Part shown: in pieces, positions 35,127 to 45,034 of the stretch
Layout of the letters: each line of letters opens with the position of its first letter
Position numbering within the stretch: the first letter of the stretch is position 1
Source: Bacteroidota bacterium
GTDB lineage: Bacteria; Bacteroidota; Ignavibacteria; UBA10030; UBA6906
Direction of reading: 5' to 3'
Length of the DNA stretch: 64,000 nt
NCBI GenBank assembly: GCA_036397975.1
Contig: DASWHW010000050.1
Span: 109 to 64,108, forward strand
The notes under the pieces: model-generated
Seen by the model: the letters and a program-made list of their open reading frames with translations, nothing else
What the model was told of the DNA's origin: nothing
Database searches by the model: none
Program-made: the position numbers and the translations under genes

Positions 35127-35888
35127 ATGTCCGGCCACTCAAAATGGGCAACAATCAAGAGAAAGAAAGCGGCAACAGACTCTGCGCGAGGTCGGTTGTT
35201 TACGCGACTTATCAAGGAAATCACCATTGCTGCTCGTAATGGAGGCGGAAACGCTGAAGGCAACCCGCGCCTTCGTCTGGCGATCCAGACCGCAAAATCG
35301 GCCAACATGCCCGCCGACAATATCACCCGTGCCATCCAAAAAGGAACAGGAGAACTCGAAGGCGTTTCCTATGAGGAACTCACGTACGAAGGGTACGGCC
35401 CGGGTGGCGTCGCGATCCTCGCGGAGATTGTCACGGATAACAACAATCGTACGGTGTCTGAGATGCGGCATATTTTTTCGCGGAGCAACGGTAACCTCGG
35501 ACATTCCGGGAGCGTCGCGTGGATGTTCAATCGTCAAGGAACGATCGTGATTCCAACTTCTGGAAACAATTCATCATTAACGGAAGATGATCTCCTCTCC
35601 GTCGTCCTCGAAGCCGGTGCCGATGATCTGCAGGATGACGACGAAGTATTCACCGTGACAACCTCTCCTCAGGCATTTGAACAGGTAAAGCAGGCGATCG
35701 AAGACAAAGGAATTGCAATTGAAAATGCCTCCTTGCAAATGGTCCCGGACAACACGGTGAAGGTGACTGGAAAAGAGGCGGAACAAGTGTTGAAACTTAT
35801 GGAAGCGCTGGAAGAACACGACGATGTCCAGAACGTATTCGCTAACTTTGACATCGACGAAACGGAAATGGCAAAGATTAATGGGTGA
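35127..35888 (+). CDS. yebC: YebC/PmpR-family transcriptional regulatory protein
   Basis: 253 aa; N-terminus MSGHSKWATIKRKKA... Confidence 0.9.
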   Translation: MSGHSKWATIKRKKAATDSARGRLFTRLIKEITIAARNGGGNAEGNPRLRLAIQTAKSANMPADNITRAIQKGTGELEGVSYEELTYEGYGPGGVAILAEIVTDNNNRTVSEMRHIFSRSNGNLGHSGSVAWMFNRQGTIVIPTSGNNSSLTEDDLLSVVLEAGADDLQDDDEVFTVTTSPQAFEQVKQAIEDKGIAIENASLQMVPDNTVKVTGKEAEQVLKLMEALEEHDDVQNVFANFDIDETEMAKING

Positions 35889-36474
35889 GCGACAGCGGGA
35901 TGTCTCGCGGCGCAGAACCACGAACGACCATTCCTCCATTATCGTGCTCGGCGTCGATCCTGGTACGATCGTCACAGGCTACGGGATCGTCGAGAGGAAA
36001 GGCTCGACGCTGAAGCTCATGAGCAGCGGAGTTATCCGCAATTCACCAGACTCCTCCATGCCGGTGCGACTGAAGCGAATTTATTGCGAACTTCAATCCC
36101 TCATAACCACCTTCCATCCTGATGAATTTGCAATCGAATCAGCGTTCTACGGAAAGAACCCACAATCCGCACTCAAGCTTGGACATGCGCGCGGGGTGTC
36201 CATTCTCGCCGCCGTCGAACAAGAAATCCCCACGTCCGAGTACTCTCCTCGTGAAGTAAAGAAAGCGGTTGTTGGAAAAGGAACGGCATCAAAGGACGCG
36301 GTCAAGTTCATGGTGCAGTCAATGCTGGGCGCCCGCAATTCGGTCATGGCGCTCGACAGTTCTGATGCTCTTGCCGTCGCGATTTGCCACCTTCACCGCC
36401 TGGTCACACCGGCTTCCAAACATCGAGACTGGAAGTCGTTTGTGCAGGCTCATCCTGAGCGAGTGAGATCATGA
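35881..36474 (+). CDS. ruvC: Holliday-junction resolvase RuvC
   Basis: IIVLGVDPGTIVTGYGIVE catalytic N-terminus; ATG at 35881 overlaps the yebC stop, and an internal GTG at 35944 is an alternative start. Confidence 0.8.
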   Translation: MGERQRDVSRRRTTNDHSSIIVLGVDPGTIVTGYGIVERKGSTLKLMSSGVIRNSPDSSMPVRLKRIYCELQSLITTFHPDEFAIESAFYGKNPQSALKLGHARGVSILAAVEQEIPTSEYSPREVKKAVVGKGTASKDAVKFMVQSMLGARNSVMALDSSDALAVAICHLHRLVTPASKHRDWKSFVQAHPERVRS

Positions 36475-37067
36475 TCTCTTCTCTCCGCGGCATACTTACC
36501 CTTAAAAGTCCGACTGAAGTCTTGATCGATGTTGGAGGAGTCGGCTACGCCGTCAGCATCCCTCTTTCGACGTATGAAGTCCTTGGAGATCTCAATAGCA
36601 CTAGCACTCTTTTGACGTACTTGTATGTTCGTGAGGACATCCTCCAACTCTTCGGCTTTGCGACAGAACAGGAGAGAACAGCGTTCAAGATGCTCGTCTC
36701 CGTCTCCGGTATCGGCCCTAAAATGGCGCAGGGAATTCTCTCGGGAATTTCCGTCGCAGATCTAAAAATACATATCAGAACCGGAAACCTTAAAGCGCTG
36801 ATCGCAATTCCCGGCGTCGGGCGTAAACTCGCCGAGCGCCTGGTTCTTGAACTCCGCGACAAGCTTGAACGACTTGATGGCGGTCGTTCATCCGGTGTCT
36901 CTTTGACAGGTTCCATTCATCAAGAGGCTCTTCTTGCCATGACATCATTGGGATACTCGCGTGCGACTGCCGACAAGGGAATCGCCGCTGCAGTGAAGGA
37001 AACCGATGGAAAGAGTTTGACTCTCGAAGGCCTCATCAAAGCTGCACTCCGGAAGGTGACCGCATAG
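36471..37067 (+). CDS. ruvA: Holliday-junction DNA helicase subunit RuvA
   Basis: 198 aa; MISSLRGIL... OB fold, two HhH motifs (GIGPKMAQ, IPGVGRKLAER), domain III. Confidence 0.9.
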   Translation: MISSLRGILTLKSPTEVLIDVGGVGYAVSIPLSTYEVLGDLNSTSTLLTYLYVREDILQLFGFATEQERTAFKMLVSVSGIGPKMAQGILSGISVADLKIHIRTGNLKALIAIPGVGRKLAERLVLELRDKLERLDGGRSSGVSLTGSIHQEALLAMTSLGYSRATADKGIAAAVKETDGKSLTLEGLIKAALRKVTA

Positions 37068-37136
37068 AGTCCGTCAACCACTATGGGCTCTACAAACGGT
37101 TATTGTAATTCTTCGGGTGAAGTATTACCTTGACCC

Positions 37137-38177
37137 ATGCGTAAATCAGATTACACAACCCCCGACCGTCTCCCGGCAGAAATCGAGTTTGATCACTCTC
37201 TACGTCCTCTCTCCTTCGAGGACTTTTACGGCCAAGAAAATATTACAAAGAATCTCCGAATTTTCATGACAGCCGCGCGGCAACGAGGTGAATCGCTCGA
37301 CCATGTTCTCCTCACCGGCCCGCCCGGACTTGGAAAAACAACTCTCGCATACATCATTGCGAATGAAATGGGGAGCCAAATTCGGATAACCTCCGGTCCG
37401 GTATTGGATAAGCCTGGAGATCTTGCTGGAATTTTGACGAATCTCGAGGAAGGCGACGTCCTTTTTATCGACGAAATTCATCGGCTCAACGCCGTTGTGG
37501 AAGAATACCTGTACTCCGCGATGGAGGACTTTCGCCTCGATATTATGATCGACTCAGGGCCAAGTGCCCGAAGCATTCAATTAACTCTTCCCCGCTTTAC
37601 ACTCGTCGGAGCAACCACGCGGGTAGGTCTGTTGACCGCTCCCTTACGCGCCCGTTTTGGCATTGCCAACCGTCTCGACTACTATTCTGCAGCCATTATC
37701 GAACAAATTCTACAGCGGTCGGCGAGTCTTCTTGAGATACAGTATGCAAGTGATGGTCTTTCAGAGATTGCAAAGCGATCACGCGGCACCCCCCGCATCG
37801 CGAATCGGCTATTGCGCCGATGTCGTGATTTCGCGCAGGCCGATGACCGCCTAAAAAATCATGGCGGCATTATTGTTAAGGAAGTTGCTGACTTTTCTCT
37901 TCGGGCGCTTGAAGTTGATGAGCTCGGGTTGGATGAAATGGACAAAAGAATTTTACGTTGTATTATCGACAAATACGATGGAGGACCTGTAGGACTCAAT
38001 ACCCTGGCAGTCGCTGTGGCAGAAGAGCCGGGAACAATTGAAGAAGTGTACGAGCCGTACCTCATCCAGGAGGGATTTCTTAAGAGGACATCCCGCGGTC
38101 GTGAAGCCACAGAGATTGCCTTCCGACACCTCAACATTACGAGGGCCAAAGGAAATGAACTCAACTTGTTCACGTAA
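37137..38177 (+). CDS. ruvB: Holliday-junction DNA helicase RuvB
   Basis: 346 aa; Walker [12 protein letters not shown]; Walker [12 protein letters not shown]. Confidence 0.92.
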   Translation: MRKSDYTTPDRLPAEIEFDHSLRPLSFEDFYGQENITKNLRIFMTAARQRGESLDHVLLTGPPGLGKTTLAYIIANEMGSQIRITSGPVLDKPGDLAGILTNLEEGDVLFIDEIHRLNAVVEEYLYSAMEDFRLDIMIDSGPSARSIQLTLPRFTLVGATTRVGLLTAPLRARFGIANRLDYYSAAIIEQILQRSASLLEIQYASDGLSEIAKRSRGTPRIANRLLRRCRDFAQADDRLKNHGGIIVKEVADFSLRALEVDELGLDEMDKRILRCIIDKYDGGPVGLNTLAVAVAEEPGTIEEVYEPYLIQEGFLKRTSRGREATEIAFRHLNITRAKGNELNLFT

Positions 38178-38205
38178 CATTCAATGATCCGGAAAAGGAA
38201 CGTCG

Positions 38206-39795
38206 ATGAGTCTCGATAAAGATCTCGCTTCCGTGCAGGAAGTCCGGGACCTGTTGCAGAAAGCAAAAGCAGCGCAACTGGAGTTCAAGAACTATTCCCA
38301 GGAGCAGGTCGATCGTGTCGTGAAAGCCATGGTCGATGCAGGCTATGCAGAAGCCGCGCGTTTAGGGAGATTGGCATCGGAAGAAACTGGATTCGGCAAA
38401 CCCGAGGACAAGCAGCAAAAGAATGAGTTCGCAACGAAACGCGTGTGGGAATCAATCAAGGATCTTAAAACGGTCGGTGTGATTGGTGAGGATAGAGAGA
38501 AACGACTGATCATGATTGGAGAGCCAATGGGGGTGGTTGCCGCATTAATTCCCTCGACCAATCCCACTTCTACTGTGATGTTTAAAGCAATCATTTCTGT
38601 AAAAGCTAGGAATGCATGCGTCGCGAGTCCGCATCCACGCGCGCACAAGTGCACGCAGGAGGCGATGAATGTTGTTCGGGATGCCGCCGAAAAGGCGGGT
38701 GCACCAAGGAATCTTATGACGTGTCTTTCGTTGCCGACGATCGAAGGGACGAATGAACTGATGAGACATAAACTTACAGCCGTTATTCTGGCGACGGGCA
38801 GCAACCAAATGGTTCGCGCCGCATATAGCTCTGGCAAGCCTGCCTATGGCGTAGGTTCGGGAAACGTCCCATCATTTATTGAGCGGACAGCCAATGTGAA
38901 AAAAGCCGTCGCCGACATCATCTCCGGCAAGCAGTTTGATTTTGGCACGTTGTGCTCAACCGAGTCTGCCCTAATTTGTGACGCTCCCCGCAAGAATCTC
39001 GTCATGGAAGAATGCAAGCGTCTGGCCGCATACTTTGTGGCCGGCGAGGAGAAAGAACGACTGTCGCGATTGATGTTTGACACTCGTGGCGCAATCAATC
39101 CTGAGATCGTTGGAAAATCACCAAGCTTCATCGCCCAGAAGGCGGGAATGAGCGTTCCGTCGAACACATCCGTTCTGATTGCCGAGTTGAATGGTGTCGG
39201 TCGGGACGTTCCGCTCTCCCGCGAGAAACTCTCTCCCGTTCTTTCGTTCTATACTGTCGAGGGTTGGCGGGAAGGGTGTCACCGGTGCATCGAATTGCTC
39301 GAGTTTGGAGGCATCGGCCATACGCTTGTCATTCATTCGAATGATCGCGACATCATCATGAAATTTGCTCTTGAGAAACCTGCGTTCCGTATTCTCGTAA
39401 ATACCCAGGCGGCCCTCGGTGCCGTTGGCTATACCACCGGTCTCGAGCCTTCCATGACATTGGGACCAGGCACGCAGGGAGGTTCCATTATCTCGGATAA
39501 TGTAACCGCACGGCATCTAATGAACGTGAAACGACTCGCATTCGAAACAAACCCCATCAATCCGGATACAACGACACAAATACAAGAGAAGACGCCGGTA
39601 ACAGCTCATGCAGCGTCAGTCCCATCGTCCTGGATGGAAGAGATTGACAAGAGAATTGTTATGAAGGCCGGCAACACCCCTGTGTGGAAGAAGGAAGCGG
39701 TCCCAGCGACGTCAAGTACCAAAACTTTCGGAACGGGACTTTCCGCGGATGAAGTAGATAAACTTGCCGAGTCTTTTTCGAAGAAGTTGAAATAA
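38206..39795 (+). CDS. CoA-acylating aldehyde dehydrogenase (EutE/PduP-like ALDH superfamily member)
   Basis: 529 aa; ALDH fold with a short EutE-type N-terminus, catalytic Cys region GTLCSTESALI, and an ~80-aa C-terminal extension. Confidence 0.7.
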   Translation: MSLDKDLASVQEVRDLLQKAKAAQLEFKNYSQEQVDRVVKAMVDAGYAEAARLGRLASEETGFGKPEDKQQKNEFATKRVWESIKDLKTVGVIGEDREKRLIMIGEPMGVVAALIPSTNPTSTVMFKAIISVKARNACVASPHPRAHKCTQEAMNVVRDAAEKAGAPRNLMTCLSLPTIEGTNELMRHKLTAVILATGSNQMVRAAYSSGKPAYGVGSGNVPSFIERTANVKKAVADIISGKQFDFGTLCSTESALICDAPRKNLVMEECKRLAAYFVAGEEKERLSRLMFDTRGAINPEIVGKSPSFIAQKAGMSVPSNTSVLIAELNGVGRDVPLSREKLSPVLSFYTVEGWREGCHRCIELLEFGGIGHTLVIHSNDRDIIMKFALEKPAFRILVNTQAALGAVGYTTGLEPSMTLGPGTQGGSIISDNVTARHLMNVKRLAFETNPINPDTTTQIQEKTPVTAHAASVPSSWMEEIDKRIVMKAGNTPVWKKEAVPATSSTKTFGTGLSADEVDKLAESFSKKLK

Positions 39796-39847
39796 CTCCA
39801 CGTTTCGTTTGTCCAGCACTCGAGCACTCCCCTCAACACTTCACCGA

Positions 39848-40432
39848 ATGCCGCGTAGCTTTTTTATACGCCCCACCCTTCAGGTCGCGCGTAATCTTCT
39901 TGGCAAGTATCTCATCTGTGAGACTAAGAAACATCCGCTGATAGGGAAGATCGTTGAAGTGGAAGCATATCTCGGAGAGCGCGATCCTGCAAGTCACTCA
40001 TTTCGTGGCAAGACACAGCGTAACGAAGTGATGTTTCGTTCGGGTGGATATCTTTACGTGTATTTTACTTATGGCATGCACTTCTGCTGCAATGTCGTTA
40101 CAGGCCGCAAAGGAAAAGGCAGAGCCGTATTGCTGCGGGCCGTAGAACCTATTGAAGGGAAACAATGGATGCGGGCTCGAAGGTCAAAATCATCAACCGA
40201 AATCGATCTGTGCAATGGTCCCGCAAAGTTATGTCAAGCGTTCAAAATCGACAGACGAAATAATGGGACAGATCTCTGCGGGAAGACCATTTGGATAGGC
40301 GCCGTAGCGAATGACCGGAACAAGTTTGCTATTGGCTCTTCGACTCGAATCGGGATCAGAAATGGCAGGAAACATCGATGGCGGTTTTTCATCAAGGACA
40401 ATCCCTTTGTCTCCAAAGGAAAACCGGCATAG
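39848..40432 (+). CDS. mpg: DNA-3-methyladenine glycosylase (MPG/AAG family)
   Basis: Pur_DNA_glyco motifs FFIRPTLQVARNLLGK, IVEVEAYLG, GYLYVYFTYGMHFC; ATG at 39848 preferred over the track's TTG at 39809. Confidence 0.85.
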   Translation: MPRSFFIRPTLQVARNLLGKYLICETKKHPLIGKIVEVEAYLGERDPASHSFRGKTQRNEVMFRSGGYLYVYFTYGMHFCCNVVTGRKGKGRAVLLRAVEPIEGKQWMRARRSKSSTEIDLCNGPAKLCQAFKIDRRNNGTDLCGKTIWIGAVANDRNKFAIGSSTRIGIRNGRKHRWRFFIKDNPFVSKGKPA

Positions 40433-40436
40433 TCAG

Positions 40437-43424
40437 TTACATTGCCAGTTCCTTTGCAAGAAACTCGCCTGTTGCTGATGTCTTCACTCGGGCAATTTCC
40501 TCCGGGACACCCTCGGCGACAATGGCCCCTCCCTCTTTCCCTCCACCGGGACCAAGGTCAATAATCCAATCCGCCGTCTTGACGACGTCCAGATTGTGTT
40601 CAATCACCATAACCGTGTTTCCTTTCTCCACCAGACGATTGAGCACATCAAGAAGCATTCGGATATCCTCGAAATGCAAACCAGTGGTTGGCTCGTCGAG
40701 GATATAGAGTGTGTTGCCGGTTCCAACTTTTGAAAGCTCTGTAGACAATTTCACCCGTTGCGCCTCTCCTCCGCTAAGTGTGGTAGCCTGTTGGCCAAGT
40801 CTGATGTAGCCAAGCCCCACGCTTTGCAGGGTCGAGAGCTTCCGCAGCAACCCTGGGATCTCCGAAAAGAAATCCACCGCCTCTCTCACCGTCATATCGA
40901 GGACGTCTGCGATTGATTTCCCCTTGTAATGCACCTGCAGGGTTTCTCGGTTGTACCGCTTGCCGCTGCACACATCGCACAGCACATACACATCGGGAAG
41001 GAAATTCATCTCAATTCTTTTCACGCCATCCCCTTCACACGCGTCGCACCTCCCTCCCGCCACGTTGAAGCTGAATCGCCCCGCCTTGTACCCACGGATT
41101 TTTGCTTCTGGCATTTGCGTATACAAATCACGGATGAGGGTGAACAGCCCGGTATATGTGGCCGGATTCGATCGAGGCGTCCGACCAATTGGCGATTGAT
41201 CAATCTCGATCACTTTGTCGATATGCTCAAGCCCGGCGATGGAATCAAAAGGCAGGGGCACAGCCTTGGACTGATAGAATTTCCTCGAAAGAATTCGGTA
41301 GAGAGTTTCGCTAATGAGAGACGACTTGCCGGACCCGCTCACACCGGTGATGGAGATAAGTCGCCCGAGAGGAACTCGTAGCGTCACGTTCTGCAGGTTA
41401 TTTCCCTTCGCCCCGGTGAGGACCAATTCCTTTCCATTCCCTCGACGTCGTTCCGGTGGGATGCCGATCGCCTTCTTCCCCAGTAAATAGTCGACCGTCA
41501 ACGAGGTGGCGGCCTGTGCCGACCCGTTGCCGTTTCCTGAACTTTTCCGGTTCGTGAAATGCTCAAGCTCTTTGGGTGATCCAATTGCAACGACAGCACC
41601 ACCGTGCTCTCCGGCCCCCGGGCCCAGATCTATGACATGATCTGCGCTCTCAATCATTTCCTTGTCATGTTCTACAACCATCACTGTATTTCCGAGATCT
41701 CTCAGTTTTTTCAACGAGTCGATTAACTTAATGTTGTCACGTTGGTGAAGTCCAATACTTGGCTCATCCAGGATGTACAGGACACCGACTAGCTGAGAAC
41801 CGATCTGTGTCGCCAATCGGATCCTTTGCCCTTCGCCTCCCGATAACGTTCGCGCCGGGCGATCAAGAGTGAGATAATCGAGTCCTACATTGAGAAGGAA
41901 TTTCAATCGCTCCCTAATTTCCTTCACTACCTGCGATGCGATCTGCATCTGTCGATCTGTAAGTGTCAGCCGTTCGAAGAACGCTGCAGCATCGGTCAGT
42001 GACTGTGCTACTACATCATGAATGGAGAACGACTTTCCAGTCTTGGCGTCTTCAATCTTGATCGCCAAGCTCTCTTTCCGAAGTCGGCCACCCTTGCACT
42101 CCGTGCAAGGCTTGGTGTTCATGTATGCCTCAACCCATTCCCGAATGTTGTTTGAACTTGTCTCGGCATAGTAATTCCGCATGATCTCCAAAAGGCCGCT
42201 ATAGCGGTGGTGATACACGACTGTTCTCCCGGTGGAATATTTGTATTCAATTTCGAATTTCTCCTTCCCTCCTCCATAAAGGAGAACATCCATCGCCTTC
42301 TTAGGAATGCCCTTAATCGATGTGTCAAAGTCGAAGTCGAATTTCTTCGCAACGGCACGCACCTGACTGAATGCCCACGTTTGCCGAGGTTTGCCAAGGG
42401 CGGCAATTCCCTCTTCGTTAATACTCAAATTCTTATCGGGCAGAATTAAGTCCAGGTCAAGCTCCTTGATTTCTCCGAGACCATCACACGAACCGCAAGA
42501 ACCATACGGCGAATTAAATGAGAATGAATTCGGGGCGGGCTCGTCGAAGCTGATGGCACAAGCAGGACAAGAGTAGTGCTCACTAAAGAGGATGTCGTTG
42601 CTGCTTGGCGAGAGTTTTCCCTTGCCCTTGCGTGTCTTCTGAAGATTCTCTGCCGTTTCATCAGTCGAAACGATGATAAAGCCTCCACCAAACTTGAGAG
42701 CGATCTCCACAGAATCCGCAATTCGTGGGCGGGATCCCTTTTGGACAACGATCCGATCGACAACGATCTCGATGTTGTGGACTTTGTATCGATCGAGTTG
42801 GAGTCCCTTCTTGATTTCCGTAATGACGCCGTCATTCCGAACGCGCAGGAACCCATCTTTTACAATCTCCTCGAACAACTCCCGATAATGTCCCTTGCGA
42901 CCTTTAACGACCGGAGCAAGAATATGGACTCTCGAACCTTCAGGCAGCTCCATGATGCTGTCGATGATTTGGTCAGTCGTCTGCTTCTCTACCTTCCTCC
43001 CGCAGTTGTAGCAAAACTGCGTTCCGATCCTGGCAAAAAGCAGGCGGAGATAGTCATAAATCTCGGTAACGGTACCAACAGTCGAGCGTGGATTATGGCT
43101 CACCGTCTTTTGTTCAATCGAAATCGCCGGACTGAGCCCCTCGATATAATCAACGTCGGGACGTTCCATGACGTCCAAGAATTGACGCGCGTAGGCAGAG
43201 AGACTCTCGACGAATCTTCGTTGACCCTCTGCGTAGATCGTATCAAATGCAAGACTCGACTTCCCGGAGCCTGACAAACCGGTTATCACGACGAGCTTGC
43301 CTCTCGGAATGTCGAGATCAACATTCTTGAGATTATGTTCTCGCGCCCCGCGAATGACTATGCATTCCTCGGGAAAAAGAGGTGCTGAGGTTGGAAGTTT
43401 TCTCTTGGTTCTTGTCTGCATCAT
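40437..43424 (-). CDS. uvrA: Excinuclease ABC subunit A
   Basis: 995 aa; two ABC ATPase modules (GLSGSGKSSLAF, GVSGSGKSSLI) and zinc fingers; 4-nt gap to the convergent mpg stop. Confidence 0.95.
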   Translation of the reverse strand: MMQTRTKRKLPTSAPLFPEECIVIRGAREHNLKNVDLDIPRGKLVVITGLSGSGKSSLAFDTIYAEGQRRFVESLSAYARQFLDVMERPDVDYIEGLSPAISIEQKTVSHNPRSTVGTVTEIYDYLRLLFARIGTQFCYNCGRKVEKQTTDQIIDSIMELPEGSRVHILAPVVKGRKGHYRELFEEIVKDGFLRVRNDGVITEIKKGLQLDRYKVHNIEIVVDRIVVQKGSRPRIADSVEIALKFGGGFIIVSTDETAENLQKTRKGKGKLSPSSNDILFSEHYSCPACAISFDEPAPNSFSFNSPYGSCGSCDGLGEIKELDLDLILPDKNLSINEEGIAALGKPRQTWAFSQVRAVAKKFDFDFDTSIKGIPKKAMDVLLYGGGKEKFEIEYKYSTGRTVVYHHRYSGLLEIMRNYYAETSSNNIREWVEAYMNTKPCTECKGGRLRKESLAIKIEDAKTGKSFSIHDVVAQSLTDAAAFFERLTLTDRQMQIASQVVKEIRERLKFLLNVGLDYLTLDRPARTLSGGEGQRIRLATQIGSQLVGVLYILDEPSIGLHQRDNIKLIDSLKKLRDLGNTVMVVEHDKEMIESADHVIDLGPGAGEHGGAVVAIGSPKELEHFTNRKSSGNGNGSAQAATSLTVDYLLGKKAIGIPPERRRGNGKELVLTGAKGNNLQNVTLRVPLGRLISITGVSGSGKSSLISETLYRILSRKFYQSKAVPLPFDSIAGLEHIDKVIEIDQSPIGRTPRSNPATYTGLFTLIRDLYTQMPEAKIRGYKAGRFSFNVAGGRCDACEGDGVKRIEMNFLPDVYVLCDVCSGKRYNRETLQVHYKGKSIADVLDMTVREAVDFFSEIPGLLRKLSTLQSVGLGYIRLGQQATTLSGGEAQRVKLSTELSKVGTGNTLYILDEPTTGLHFEDIRMLLDVLNRLVEKGNTVMVIEHNLDVVKTADWIIDLGPGGGKEGGAIVAEGVPEEIARVKTSATGEFLAKELAM

Positions 43425-43458
43425 TTTTCTAATTCACGCGTTCCGGGTACATCGATTT

Positions 43459-43492
43459 TGTCACAAAAGAAGAACCCGGAGTCAATCCGGGC
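43459..43492 (-). terminator. Weak terminator-like hairpin after the DUF58 gene, just upstream of the uvrA start
   Basis: Minus-strand GCCCGG-AUUGACU-CCGGGU then UCUUCUUUUGUG; short 5-6 bp stem. Confidence 0.35.
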
Positions 43493-43522
43493 TCAAGGGT
43501 AAAACGCTCTTTGTTCAGCCCA

Positions 43523-44422
43523 TCACTGTAACCTGGAACGCTTTCGCAAATACTCAAAGAGTGCGACGTCGTACGAGGTGCTCGTGTCGAGGAGAACATA
43601 ATCAATGTAGTTTTCTCGGCACTCCCTCTTATATCGCTCAAGAAACTCGGACATGGTTTTTCTGTAAGCTCTTCGAATTTGCCACGGCTGTGTTGTCAGC
43701 TCCTCCGCTGTCTCCATATCCCGAAATTGGGCATCTCCATCAAAGGCAAAGGATCGCTCTAACGGATCCAGAATGTGCATCACTATGACTTCATTCTTCT
43801 TATGTCGGAAATGCTTCAGGGCTGCCATGATTTCCTCAGGCTTGTCAAGAAGGTCACTCAGAACGATGACCAGGCCCCGTCGCTTAATTCTATCTGCCAC
43901 CTGATGAAGCGACCGACCCGCCCTTGTTTGGTTGGCAGACGCAACCTGTTCGAGGGAAAGGAGAATCTGCCTCAGATATCCGCGCGTTGCATGTGGTGGC
44001 AAATACGTGTGAATACTCTCATCAAACACGGCCAATCCGACTGCGTCTTGCTGCTTGATCATCATATACGACAATGATGCCGCCAGATATGCCGCATAGG
44101 TCAACTTTGAGACCGAGCCCTCAGACGCGAATGCCATCGACTTGCTTGAATCAATGACGATATACGACTTAAGGTTGGTCTCTTCTTCATACTGTTTGAT
44201 GTAATAGCGATCGGTCCTCCCATAGATCTTCCAATCGATGTGGCGAATCTCATCTCCGGGCATATACTGCCGGTGCTCGGCAAACTCGACACTGAACCCA
44301 TGATAAGGACTCTTGTGAAGTCCAGTGATAAACCCTTCCACAACCAGCCGAGCGCGAAGCTCCATGTTTGCAAGCTTGGAGACAACAGTTGGTTGCAGGT
44401 AATGTAGTTGAGATTGAGTCAT
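43523..44422 (-). CDS. DUF58-family protein (vWA-like; usual partner of MoxR AAA+ ATPases)
   Basis: 299 aa; characteristic N-terminal region GFITGLHKSPYHGFSVEFAEHRQYMPGDEIRHIDWK. Confidence 0.8.
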   Translation of the reverse strand: MTQSQLHYLQPTVVSKLANMELRARLVVEGFITGLHKSPYHGFSVEFAEHRQYMPGDEIRHIDWKIYGRTDRYYIKQYEEETNLKSYIVIDSSKSMAFASEGSVSKLTYAAYLAASLSYMMIKQQDAVGLAVFDESIHTYLPPHATRGYLRQILLSLEQVASANQTRAGRSLHQVADRIKRRGLVIVLSDLLDKPEEIMAALKHFRHKKNEVIVMHILDPLERSFAFDGDAQFRDMETAEELTTQPWQIRRAYRKTMSEFLERYKRECRENYIDYVLLDTSTSYDVALFEYLRKRSRLQ

Positions 44423-44925
44423 TACTTCTTGACGACCGTTGACTTTTCCTTTTTTGCTTCTTCAGCAGGCAGCATCGCTTCCGGTTCCTCTCCAAGATGC
44501 TCTAACTCAAACTGGGCGGAAAGCGCCATCTCGTGGCTGGGGTATTTTTCCAGGAAGAGCTTGTAAGCGGTTGCAGCGCTATCGATGATTTTGAGTTCGT
44601 TGTTGTACAGAAAGCCGATCAGAAACAGGGCAGTGGGCGTCTGCTTCGCATCGGGAAACAACTCATAGTACTTCCAGTATTCATTGATCGCTTGTTGATA
44701 CTGGTGTGTATTATTCTGGTACAGACTGGCAAGAATAAACTGGGCCGCTTCGGCCTTTTCGCTCTTTGGATACTCATCGACGATCTTTCGATACAATTGA
44801 ATGGCTTCATCGATTTTTGAGCTTTTGACCGCGAGCTCCGCTTGTTGAAAATACTCATCGGCAGACGGTTTACTACATCCCGAGAAGATGATGGTGCAGA
44901 ACACGAACAACGTGAATACTCGCAT
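44422..44925 (-). CDS. TPR-repeat lipoprotein
   Basis: Lipoprotein signal MRVFTLFVFCTIIFSGC (the ATG at 44925 preferred over the track's 44994); TPR-like helices; its TAA overlaps the DUF58 ATG by 1 nt. Confidence 0.65.
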   Translation of the reverse strand: MRVFTLFVFCTIIFSGCSKPSADEYFQQAELAVKSSKIDEAIQLYRKIVDEYPKSEKAEAAQFILASLYQNNTHQYQQAINEYWKYYELFPDAKQTPTALFLIGFLYNNELKIIDSAATAYKLFLEKYPSHEMALSAQFELEHLGEEPEAMLPAEEAKKEKSTVVKK

Positions 44926-45034
44926 AGGGGAGCTCCGGGAATTCAATGATGCGAACGGGATGTCGCTTCGTAACAAATACGACAAACTTGTCACATGGTA
45001 GAGAAATAGGATCTAAGAATCAAACGACCTTCTA

